Positions 53,265 to 62,500 of a stretch of DNA of 64,000 nucleotides are shown here, one piece after another. The notes beneath the pieces were generated by a model, which saw only the letters and a program-made list of their open reading frames with translations, was not told where the DNA came from and did not search any database. How positions within the stretch are numbered: the stretch's first letter is position 1; each line of letters opens with the position of its first letter. Made by a program: the position numbers and the translations under genes. Source of the DNA: Candidatus Omnitrophota bacterium. Lineage in GTDB: Bacteria; Omnitrophota; Gorgyraeia; Gygaellales; JAQTUX01. Location: assembly GCA_028707125.1 (NCBI GenBank), contig JAQTUX010000001.1, positions 1,130,438-1,194,437 of the forward strand, in the 5' to 3' direction.

Positions 53265-54833
53265 TCAGACCTTTATCGTTTCTTTTACCCTGCCTACCAT
53301 TGAGGCGTCCACTAATTTATCTCCCCAATAAAAATCAGACACCTCAAAGCCGTGTTTGGCGCCCAACAACCGTATCTCTTCCATTTTTTCGGACGTGATG
53401 TTTCCTCTGCCGAAACTGAAATTCTCGTAGCGTTTCTCAAGCGCCAAAATGATCGCCTCGGAAAAACAGCCGTAGAGGACGTTTCCCGGCGGAAGCCCTA
53501 TATCAATAGGTATATGAATGGGCGTGGGCGCCTTTGCCATGCCGCCTGAAAATATCAGCACATCCTGCCTGGATACCGGCGCGTAAGAGATATTCTTGGG
53601 GTATCCCACGTCGCAGATTATGGCGCCGGGCTTAAACCACTCTATCTTCAGAATGGAGGCGCTGGCTGCTGCCGCGGCGATAACAATATCGGCGTCCCTC
53701 ACGGCTGCCTCGTTATCGGTCGTGGCCGCTATCCTTGCCTTTCTCTTCTTTGACAGCTCCTTTTTCATCTTCGCGAGGTTTGATTTTGTGCGCCCGGTTA
53801 TGGTCACCTGCGCCGCCTTTTCCGACAACACCCTGGCGCAGGCGCTTCCGATGTCGCCGGTGCCTCCTATAACGGTGGCCTTCGCGGCTGAGATGTCCAG
53901 ATCCAGCATACGGGAGGCCTTGAGCACGCCTTCAACAGCCATTGCCGCGGTAAAGGTATTTCCCGTCGTCACTGCCACGTCCACCTCGTTGGCGATCTCC
54001 TGCCCTATCCTCTCCGCCACAATAGAGGTAAAGCCGCCGAGAGTGACTATGCCCACGCCGTATTTCTCGGCGATCCTGCAGGCCCTGACCACCTTGGCGA
54101 ATATGGACCACATATCCTTCTCTATCATATCGGGGATAAATGTGGCGATGATAAAACAGCCGTTTGTGACCGCGCCGGCATTTGACTTGACGTTCATAAT
54201 ATCGTATAGCTTGAAAGAAGGCGCTACGTTGAAAAGCTGGCCGAGGAATTCCCGCGAAGGCATCTTGATATCGGGCTTGAGCGCCTGGAGGTATTTCTGC
54301 CAGTGGTTATAATTATAGGGATGGCCGATGATCCCGAAACCCGCCACCTTGTCTTTGTCGCCGTGCTTGAAACTGGCGTAACGCAGAGATATCAGGCGGC
54401 GCTCCATCGCGTCCAGGATCGCCTCAAAATTACTCGTGACCAGCTTCTTTATAAAATCGTCGGCGAAGTCGGCGATCACGGGTATGCCCACCCTTATCTG
54501 GACATTCACAATCACCTCGGTGCCTTCGGGGTGCTTCTTGAAGATCCACTCGCCCTTGAACTCTTCCAGGTCGCCCTCTACGGCATTAAAACGGACGGTG
54601 TTATTCCTCAGATCAAGAGTGTCTTCCTCTACCCAGCTTATGGGGACATTGTTGACCTCAACCCTCCATTTCGTCTTCATCTTGTTGCGGCTTTTCTCTA
54701 CGACCGACGCCTCTTTTACATGCACCATATAACTGGGGAAATCCTCAACCTTTGTTATGAGGCGGATCACCTTCCATTCCGGGGCAGGCACCACCTTTGA
54801 TAAACGTATCTTCATTACCTCCTCTTTAGCCAT
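53265..54833 (-). CDS. Fusion protein: N-terminal SRPBCC (START/polyketide-cyclase-like) domain + long-chain acyl-ACP reductase (cyanobacterial AAR)-like domain
   Basis: C-terminal ~340 aa has GFGIIGH, LGGFTSI, TTGNTFTAA, VIGGTGDIGSACARVL, DVGYPKN, FSFGRGNITSEKMEEI...HGF. These match the conserved blocks of acyl-ACP reductase (Pfam Shikimate_DH-like). The N-terminal ~150 aa resembles an SRPBCC ligand-binding fold. Confidence 0.6.
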   Translation of the reverse strand: MAKEEVMKIRLSKVVPAPEWKVIRLITKVEDFPSYMVHVKEASVVEKSRNKMKTKWRVEVNNVPISWVEEDTLDLRNNTVRFNAVEGDLEEFKGEWIFKKHPEGTEVIVNVQIRVGIPVIADFADDFIKKLVTSNFEAILDAMERRLISLRYASFKHGDKDKVAGFGIIGHPYNYNHWQKYLQALKPDIKMPSREFLGQLFNVAPSFKLYDIMNVKSNAGAVTNGCFIIATFIPDMIEKDMWSIFAKVVRACRIAEKYGVGIVTLGGFTSIVAERIGQEIANEVDVAVTTGNTFTAAMAVEGVLKASRMLDLDISAAKATVIGGTGDIGSACARVLSEKAAQVTITGRTKSNLAKMKKELSKKRKARIAATTDNEAAVRDADIVIAAAAASASILKIEWFKPGAIICDVGYPKNISYAPVSRQDVLIFSGGMAKAPTPIHIPIDIGLPPGNVLYGCFSEAIILALEKRYENFSFGRGNITSEKMEEIRLLGAKHGFEVSDFYWGDKLVDASMVGRVKETIKV

Positions 54834-55416
54834 GCGTCATCTCCTCTATTGTATTTTTTAATTTATGGATACATTCCTGCATATAAATATCATCTATTAT
54901 CTCGTGGTGCATCTTCATAAGGTATTGCGGCTTGCCTATCATGATCCTGATAGGGCGCAGCCTGGGGAACTTCGCGCTTCTGGGGAACGCCTCGAAGGCG
55001 CCCATGATGGCGCAGGGCAGTATGGGCCTGCCGGTCTTAAGCGCCAGAAGCGCCACGCCCCTTCTGAACGGCCTCATCTTGCCGTCGCGCGTGCGCGTGC
55101 CTTCGGGAAAGAGCCCGACATTCCTGTCGTGGAACAACAGGTCTACCGCGTGCTTTGAAGAGCTCCCGCTCGCCAGCGTTTTGAGCCTGCGCATAAACCA
55201 ACGCAAGCCCAGCATAAAATGGAACTGCCTTAAGGCGATCCAGTAGATCTTTTTCGGTATTGCCGCGCCCACAATAAACGGGTCAAGGAAACTTACGTGG
55301 TTTGCCACTACGATAAAATTCCCCTTCCTCGGTATATTATCCCTGCCCTCTATCTTAAGCCGGAAAAACACCTTGAGTATAATAAACCCTAAATCCCTGA
55401 ATATCCAATACCACAT
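54826..55416 (-). CDS. 1-acyl-sn-glycerol-3-phosphate acyltransferase (PlsC-like)
   Basis: HX4D motif VANHVSFLD and FPEGTRTRDG. The start is placed at the internal Met so that it abuts the upstream HTH gene. Confidence 0.7.
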   Translation of the reverse strand: MWYWIFRDLGFIILKVFFRLKIEGRDNIPRKGNFIVVANHVSFLDPFIVGAAIPKKIYWIALRQFHFMLGLRWFMRRLKTLASGSSSKHAVDLLFHDRNVGLFPEGTRTRDGKMRPFRRGVALLALKTGRPILPCAIMGAFEAFPRSAKFPRLRPIRIMIGKPQYLMKMHHEIIDDIYMQECIHKLKNTIEEMTHG

Positions 55417-55417
55417 A

Positions 55418-55654
55418 CTAAAGTTGTTGTTCTGCCTTCCGCCGCTCTTTGCCGGTGGTATGATACTCAATCTTTTCCTGCATCCATCGTTCCAACGACT
55501 TGCGTTGGAACCGCCAATCCGCCCCGATCTTAAACGCCGGGATCCTGCCCTGCCTTGCCATACGCTGTACAGTCAATGGGTGAATGTTAAGGAATTCCGC
55601 CACGTCCTTAGTTGTCATTATCTGTTTTGATATTTTATTATTTGACATATCCAC
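55418..55654 (-). CDS. Small HTH DNA-binding protein (excisionase/MerR-like HTH_17)
   Basis: MTTKDVAEFLNIHPLTVQRMARQGRIPAFKIGADWRF. First gene after the consensus promoter. Confidence 0.6.
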   Translation of the reverse strand: MDMSNNKISKQIMTTKDVAEFLNIHPLTVQRMARQGRIPAFKIGADWRFQRKSLERWMQEKIEYHTTGKERRKAEQQL

Positions 55655-55694
55655 CCCAACCTAAACATACCTAAACATATTATATGAGATAATA

Positions 55695-55723
55695 ATTATA
55701 GAGGACGGGCGCTATTATGTCAA
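55695..55723 (-). promoter_or_regulatory. Sigma70 consensus-type promoter TTGACA-N17-TATAAT for the HTH-led operon
   Basis: Minus strand reads TTGACAtaatagcgcccgtcctcTATAAT, ~35 nt upstream of the HTH start at 55654. Confidence 0.5.
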
Positions 55724-55768
55724 GAGGTAAAATTATTGGATTAGATTTCTTGCTGTTTGCTGCGGAAT

Positions 55769-56983
55769 TTAAAACACTATGGCGGAATTAAAACTGATCT
55801 CGTCGCGGTTTAAGAATTCGGGTATCCGCGGGTAAGGCGCGGCGTTGATCACGGCCTCCCTGGCAAAATCCTGCAGTTCGGGGTCATCCGCATAAGCGTA
55901 GGCCTCTTTTACGCTGCCGTCTGAAGCAATGGTGAAATCTATGTCTACCTTGCCTCTCGCGGATACATATCCCCTCGAGGCATACTCAGCCAGCTGCTCC
56001 TTGACGGCGTTGTAATAATCGGAGGCATTGCTGTATCCGGCTGTTCTCCTGTATGCGTCCTGGCGTGATTCTGCGACATAAGCGTCATATTGGCGTGAAT
56101 ATTCGTAGTCAGTTCTCTCATGGGAGCTTTTTTGCCTTTCTTCGATCCTGCTATCAGGCCAAGCGTAGACCAGTTTAAATCCTAAGCCGTATTCTGTGGA
56201 ATTGTTCTCCGGTTCAATCCACCCATCCCCATCAGGATCAATAGTAACTTCCGAATCTTTAATATCCCAATATCGTATAAAGGGCTCTATTATAAAATCC
56301 ACTATCTTGCCTTCCCTTTTAAGCTTTAGAGATCCTCTTAAGCCATAACCTTTCTCCTGATCATTCTCAATGTCATAGTACCCGGGCAGAATACCCATAT
56401 GGCTCTTTTGTTTACCCCACCAAAAATAATCATACTCAAATAAACCGCCTATAGACCATCCATCCTCCAATTTAGCGGCGATCTCTATACCTATGGGGCT
56501 ATATAAATAATTTGATTCCCTTTCATAAAAAGCGCCGCCAGTTGTGCTGATCTTTCCGGCGCCATCATCGTTCAGATATCTATATCCTATACCTGTATAA
56601 GGCGTAATAACACTGGTTGTATACGATGAAGAAAAGTCATACCCTGCTAATCCCCTGGCTTCCCACAAATAATCATCAATATCATCTATGCTGCCCGAGC
56701 TTGAAGAAGTATAATCCACCTCACCAGCGGCAAACCTGCCTTCCACTTTTAACATATAACTACTGACATTTGAGACAGGCAAAGACAATGCATCACGATA
56801 TGTATAAGAACCTGCCACTCCGTAGAATACGCCCTTCTCCTCCATGACACCGGGTTCTTCATAGGTAATGTGAGATATTTCTGTGCCCAACTCCATCTTA
56901 TGTCGTATCGGCTCTGCAGCAAAAACAGTAAGCGTGCCTGTCATCCCAAAATAAAGGAATACAGCTATCAATATTCTCTTCAT
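55769..56983 (-). CDS. Secreted protein: beta-rich (possible OM beta-barrel) N-domain fused to TonB C-terminal-like domain
   Basis: Signal peptide. Tyr/Gly-rich alternating region. C-terminal GKVDIDFTIASDGSVKEA...AREAVINAAPYPRIPEF resembles TonB_C. Confidence 0.5.
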   Translation of the reverse strand: MKRILIAVFLYFGMTGTLTVFAAEPIRHKMELGTEISHITYEEPGVMEEKGVFYGVAGSYTYRDALSLPVSNVSSYMLKVEGRFAAGEVDYTSSSSGSIDDIDDYLWEARGLAGYDFSSSYTTSVITPYTGIGYRYLNDDGAGKISTTGGAFYERESNYLYSPIGIEIAAKLEDGWSIGGLFEYDYFWWGKQKSHMGILPGYYDIENDQEKGYGLRGSLKLKREGKIVDFIIEPFIRYWDIKDSEVTIDPDGDGWIEPENNSTEYGLGFKLVYAWPDSRIEERQKSSHERTDYEYSRQYDAYVAESRQDAYRRTAGYSNASDYYNAVKEQLAEYASRGYVSARGKVDIDFTIASDGSVKEAYAYADDPELQDFAREAVINAAPYPRIPEFLNRDEISFNSAIVF

Positions 56984-56998
56984 TATCTGAGTTCCTCC

Positions 56999-58006
56999 TT
57001 ATTTAAACTCTATGCTTATCGTGAATCTCTTGCTTGCTTCGGTTATATCAGCGGGAAACGCCGGAAACGGCGCTGACTTCTCAATCGCCGTTACAACCGC
57101 GCCTCGTAAAGCAACGTCATCGGTTGAGCCGTTTAATATCTCCACATCTACCAAATCTCCATCAGAAGATAAAGTAAATGCCGCGTTCACCACGCCGCTG
57201 CCTGAGTCAAGGGGCTTAACCAACGCTTTACCTATCATATCATGTAATATTTTATAATAGTCCATATACGTAACTATGGTTGGCGTAAGTGTAGACCCTA
57301 CGGTACTGATGGGTTCTACTGTCTGCATCTTCTCATATCCGCTGCGGCCTAACGGTATCCTTAACTCCTGGACAAATTTATTATTCGCTTCCTTCAATGC
57401 GCGTACTGCATACGCAGCCGGACCATCATAAAAGACATCCTTATCTTCAAAGCTATGCCTGACATTACCCTCCCATAGAATCCTTCTGCCAGCGACATCA
57501 ATAACTCTGATATTGCCATATTCGACATCAGCCCCAACTGTCTTGGGATTAGCCATTGCTTCAGCAAGCACACCTACCATACCAAATAATACGGATGCGC
57601 CTGCCGCTCCTTTTTGGAACCCATAGAAATGCCTGATATCGCCATCTATAACTAACTCTACGCCATCCTTATTTAACATCGCCGCATCTTCCAGATTTAT
57701 ATCCCTAAACTCTACTGAGGTAAATACCCTGGCCTTTCTCAGATGCTCTGCAAGCATCTTAGAAATCTGCACATCAACGTTATCCCTAAACATCTTATCA
57801 TTTGTATATATAAAGCCCTTTCTGTTGCCAGTCCCGGACCGCTCTCCTGCGGGCCTCGCGTCTTCAAATACGTCAACCAGAACCTTATATTCCATCGGCT
57901 GATCTTTCTTGTAAAGGCCCTTATCAAAAGCATACTTAATAGATGTAGCACACCCACTAAGAAATAGAGCTAAAAGCATCGTAGTGATTATCTTATATGG
58001 ACGCAT
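56999..58006 (-). CDS. Lipoprotein with C-terminal TonB-C-like domain
   Basis: Lipobox LFLSGCAT. C-terminal GSGVVNAAFTLSSDGDLVDVEILNGSTDDVALRGAVVTAIEKSAPFPAFP. Confidence 0.5.
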   Translation of the reverse strand: MRPYKIITTMLLALFLSGCATSIKYAFDKGLYKKDQPMEYKVLVDVFEDARPAGERSGTGNRKGFIYTNDKMFRDNVDVQISKMLAEHLRKARVFTSVEFRDINLEDAAMLNKDGVELVIDGDIRHFYGFQKGAAGASVLFGMVGVLAEAMANPKTVGADVEYGNIRVIDVAGRRILWEGNVRHSFEDKDVFYDGPAAYAVRALKEANNKFVQELRIPLGRSGYEKMQTVEPISTVGSTLTPTIVTYMDYYKILHDMIGKALVKPLDSGSGVVNAAFTLSSDGDLVDVEILNGSTDDVALRGAVVTAIEKSAPFPAFPADITEASKRFTISIEFK

Positions 58007-58048
58007 ATATCCTTTCTTTTGCCATCTCTGTTTAGTCCCTATTTACTC

Positions 58049-58801
58049 TTACTCAACAGAATAAATCACAGTGCAATTAGCGGTAATTTTCAGGTATCCC
58101 GATTCAATCTGCGGAGCTATTTCTGCTTTGGCAATCGCTCTCTTAGCAAAGGAATCAGCCAGTTGTTCTTCCCTGAGAAAATCATAGCCGTCGCTTACGC
58201 CGCTTTGTATTTTTAAAACTTTGCCTAAGGTGGCGCCGCTACCTTCAGCTAATTGCAACGCCTTCTGCCTGGCATTATCCGCTGCCTTCTTTAGGGCATC
58301 TATCCTTAACTGCTCAACGTTGGTAGCGGTATATGTAAGGCCGCTAACAGTGGTCTCGGCTATGTCGGCAAGACGCGCCAATATCTTTCCTAAATCATCA
58401 AGTTTATATAAAGTTATCTTGAGATTATGAATGACCTCGTAGCTGGTTGGCCTGGCTATGGTGCTAAAAATCCTTTTGCCTTCGTATAAAGGATAATAGA
58501 CATATCCCAGATTTCTTATGTCTTCTTTTTTCACCCCGAAAGATGTCAGCGTTTCCTGTATGGAATTGATTCTTTCCGTACTTACTTCAAAGGCGCGCTC
58601 TAATTTCTTCTCCTCAGCCCTCATCCTTATATTAAAATAGGCCTTGTCTGCGATTACTTCAATTTCTCCCTGGCCCTCAACTATCAACTTGGGATACTCC
58701 TCGTCACAGCACCTTGTATTGCATTCAGAAGCAGCGTAAGCTGTATATGACAACGCGGCGATAAATAAAGTCAATACGCCGACCATCATGTATTTCTTCA
58801 T
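58049..58801 (-). CDS. SIMPL-domain (DUF541 / YggE-like) periplasmic protein
   Basis: Signal peptide. Layout and conserved segments are typical of the SIMPL family (...GYDFLREEQLADSFAKRAIAKAE...). Confidence 0.6.
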   Translation of the reverse strand: MKKYMMVGVLTLFIAALSYTAYAASECNTRCCDEEYPKLIVEGQGEIEVIADKAYFNIRMRAEEKKLERAFEVSTERINSIQETLTSFGVKKEDIRNLGYVYYPLYEGKRIFSTIARPTSYEVIHNLKITLYKLDDLGKILARLADIAETTVSGLTYTATNVEQLRIDALKKAADNARQKALQLAEGSGATLGKVLKIQSGVSDGYDFLREEQLADSFAKRAIAKAEIAPQIESGYLKITANCTVIYSVE

Positions 58802-58909
58802 CTTTTTACCCCCTCTCTCTATTCCTCACTATCTACCTACACAACTCCAACTCAAAACACACCAAAGAACGAGAATTTATCTGTAACTTAAATCATGATA
58901 ATCGACTAC

Positions 58910-58930
58910 GCAGAAACGACACTATTTTTC
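58910..58930 (-). promoter_or_regulatory. Conserved upstream motif, copy 3 (GCAGAAACGACACTATTTTTC)
   Basis: ~110 nt upstream of the SIMPL gene start (58801). Confidence 0.35.
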
Positions 58931-59031
58931 TATTTTCTGGCAAAATTCATGTCAATATTTGTGCCTAACTCTCATAGCTGTGGATAGTTATGTAAAACGT
59001 CTGGGGTGCTATTTTATTAGGATTGCCTCCC

Positions 59032-59517
59032 TCATTTTTTCCAATTATTTCTTATTTGTCTGCCATTAAAGACAAAATAATAAATATCATGCCAGCCTTT
59101 TTTGAGAATTTTTTTGAAATAACGAGGGGTGACACTATCAGAATTACTATCGATTTCATCAACTACTTTATCCCATTCTAATTCTTTGTTACAAACTGGG
59201 CATCGTGGGATTGCATCTATTGTAAATTTTCCACCACAGGAACATGGCTGTAAACCCTTGGAGATCGCTATCTTCATTTTCTTGATATTTTCTTCAAATA
59301 TAGCTAAGTCTTGTTTTCTATGTGTATTATACTTTCTCCCTAAAATATATTTTTCATAGAATCTACCCTTGGACATTTCTTCGCTATATGTATCTACGGT
59401 AGCCACTATCCCACATTGGTCACAATAAAAGAATATCTCGTCGCCAAAACCAGCGTGAGCAAATTCAAAATTAAAAGACGAATTACAGTGATAACAATGC
59501 AATATTTTCTCTGGCAT
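59032..59517 (-). CDS. Putative immunity protein with zinc-ribbon-like Cys pairs
   Basis: Starts 2 nt after the RHS stop. CxxC...CxxC (CYHC..CDQC) and CSC..CPVC pairs. Confidence 0.5.
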   Translation of the reverse strand: MPEKILHCYHCNSSFNFEFAHAGFGDEIFFYCDQCGIVATVDTYSEEMSKGRFYEKYILGRKYNTHRKQDLAIFEENIKKMKIAISKGLQPCSCGGKFTIDAIPRCPVCNKELEWDKVVDEIDSNSDSVTPRYFKKILKKGWHDIYYFVFNGRQIRNNWKK

Positions 59518-59519
59518 TT

Positions 59520-62500
59520 TTAGTTTGGATTAGGATAGGCATCTATAACTCTATTTTCTCCATGTATTTGGAATTGAGGGGCGCCTCCTCCTGTATTAGG
59601 CAATCTAAATACAGCATTATTCGGTGCTAACACATCAACAAACCACTCTCCAACACCGGCGCGTGGTTGACTTACAAACCTCCTAAACTCGGCTGGATTC
59701 AGTCTCATCGCCATTTTTCCTGTAGCTGGATCGATAGCATTGTGGAGCGTAACATAAGAATCAGGGTTCAATCCCCAAGGAGATTTTCTAATAAGCGCCG
59801 CTGATACCTTATCGGTCCCATGCAAATATCTCCCCCAACCATACCTCTTTGTGCTGCGCGCTGTTGAAGCAGTTGCCTCTGCTGCTAAGCCAGCTTGGGG
59901 GATAGCTCCTGCGCCAGCGCCAACAGGTGGGGATACAATTGGCGGTAAGACACCTTGACTTACAAAATGATCTACGGATAATCCGTGCGCAAAAGTCTGA
60001 TAGCCGCCTAAATAGGAACCCTCAATTAAACCGCCGGTTATCGCACCTATGCCAAAGCCGATACCACCGGCTTTCATTGCATCACCAAAGCTTCCACCTG
60101 AACCCAATGTCTCACCGAAGGCACCGCCAAAACCCGCGGTTCCCATCTCAGCGGCGCCGATGAGGAAACCACCGCCAAAGGTATAAGTTGATTCGCCAAG
60201 GCCTTTCGCTATGCCGGTGGCCCAACCAACACCCGCCATCCCGCCTAAGATACCGCCTGCTAACCCACCTGCAAAACCACCCCAGTTCCCGGTGTTGACC
60301 GCATTACCGAAGGAATTAAACAAATTAAACAGCTGGAAGCCAAACATCATGTTGCCGGTAAGGAGAGTACCAAGGATTCCAGCTATGATACCGAAAAACT
60401 TACCGAAGTGCTTCTTAAACCACCCATGACCTGTCGGATCAACCAGGTTGATCGGATTGTTATTGCAATAGGAGTAGCGGTTGAGGGTTTGCGGATTGTA
60501 GGAATCCTGGACTATGGTATCCGCTTGGGTGAAGCGGCCGATGGTTGGGTCGTAGTAGCGGGCGCCGTAGTAATACAACCCGCTCTGGTCGAGCTCTTTG
60601 CCGTTGTAGTAGCGGTTAGCGGCGACTGATCTGTCGTCAGGGGTTGGCGAGCCGGAAACAAACTCTCCATACGGTGCGTAGTGGGCCTCCTGGACAATCG
60701 CACCGCTGTTATTGGTGATGACGCTGGAGGAGCCGAGGTGATCGCTATGGAAATATGAAATTACTTCGTTGGTACCTTCAATATTATCTTGCAGTGGTGA
60801 GCTAGTTATTGTGCAGATACGGTTGCTTCCCAAAAAGATATGTTTAGTACGTTTCGTCAATAAAGCCGCTGAAATAGCCCTAACAATGGAATTATCACCA
60901 TTGCCTGAACCTGTGGTAATCTCATATAGAGAACCAACATATTTGGTAGCTATGTCCCCTGCTGTCTTCTTCACCCTTCCGCCGTCGCCGTCGTAGGCGT
61001 AAGAAGCGAGGGTCTCCAGCGTAGAAACCGGCTGGCTGGTAACAGTAAGGGCGGCGCCGTTTGAAGAGGTAACGTAGACATAATAGTTTCTGTTAACTTC
61101 CAGTGCCTCAAAGTCATTGAATTTCGCGATACCCACGTAGTGCTCGTAGCTTTGCGTGCTGGTATTGTAGCGGGAGATCTGGTCAAATTCTCCTTTTATC
61201 GGCGCGAAGATCTGGTCTATACGGCTGTCTTCCGGCAGACGCGGGAAGAAAATGAGGTTCCAGCCCTGATGCAGCTCATAGGTGTCTATCCCGTCGTCAA
61301 ACGCTCCTCTCTCTATACAGGTGAGCCGGTTCTCTATGTCATAGATGAAGTTCTGGCCTGCCTTGACCGTCATGTTGCCGTTGGCGTCGTATTCAAACTC
61401 CGTGCCGTCGGAAAGCGCCCTTACCGCGTGGGGCTTGTTGCGGCTGTCGTAGGTGAATGTCAGGCCGTCTTTTTCAATGATGTTGCCTATGGAATCGTAA
61501 TCATAGGACTTTACGCCGTAGGCGCCTTGCGCCTGCGTGAGCCGGCCCAGGTCATCATAGGTAAAGGACTGATCAAAAGAGCGGTTCTTGTTGTCGGTTA
61601 TGTTGCTTATATTGCCGTCGTTGTAGAAATCATAATGCAAACTTTGGAGCGTGCCGGCGCTGGACTCTGTTGATATATCTGAAAGCCGCAGCATATTGTC
61701 GTAGGCGTAATCGGTAACCGCGCCGTTACCATAGGTAATGCTCTTGATCTGGCCTGTAGAGTGATAAATGACATTCTGGACAATGGTTCCCTGGGGGATG
61801 TTAGAAACTGACGTTGTATCTTCCGCAATGCGCTCCTGGCCGGGCGGGGTAAAGTTTGAGTTCCAGCGGGCAATGCCTTTTGAGACGCGGAATTCATCAA
61901 GCCGGCCGTCAAGGTGATGCTTGCCTTCCATATCCACGCTGATCTTTAGCGGCGCGTTGGAATCGGGCATTGTCCCAAAAGGACTATACGCCGTCACATT
62001 AAGCGCGGCTCCGTTCAGGAACATACGGCAGGCGCTCCCGTCCCTTACCACCGCGAAATGATACCAGGTATCAGTGGTGACGTTAAAACCGGAACCTACA
62101 AAGTCGCCCGCGTAAACCCCTTCGGACAGCGCGCTAAAGCCCGCGTTCCCTGCCGGCGGATTGAGAGTAATATACCAAAGGTTTTTGTAATCACTGTCGG
62201 TTTGCTGGGCGATCGTAACGGAGGACGCCATAGTATTAAACTTGACCCAGAAATCTATGGTGAAGTCACCGCTGCCAAAATTCCAGCCCTCGTTGTCGGT
62301 TATTGAAAGATAGCTTCCTTCCTTCCCGTCTAATAGAAGCGAGCCGCTGCCGAATCTCTGCTCCTGGGTATCTATATAGGCGTTGCCAGAGAAGGCCACC
62401 GGATTACCCAGGTCGTCAAAGGTAAATGTGTCGCCCTGGCTGCCGTCAAATCCCAGCTGCAGCCGCGTATAGCTGTCGGGATTGGCGTATGTATCAGGCA

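Noticed and set aside
55660-55680. CCTAAACATA x2 direct repeat and GCGGAATT(T)AAAAC x2 near 55760
   Set aside because: These are short repeats in the 5' UTR and the preceding gene's 3' end. They are too short to distinguish from chance. They are noted because they resemble the CTAAAC units of the IVS-like flanks, but there is no further support.
59520-59700. ADP-ribosyltransferase assignment for the third RHS tail (R...S...QxE idea)
   Set aside because: Only a loose R and a Q-x-x-x-x-x-E spacing are present, and there is no STS motif. This is insufficient, so the tail is left as an unknown toxin domain.
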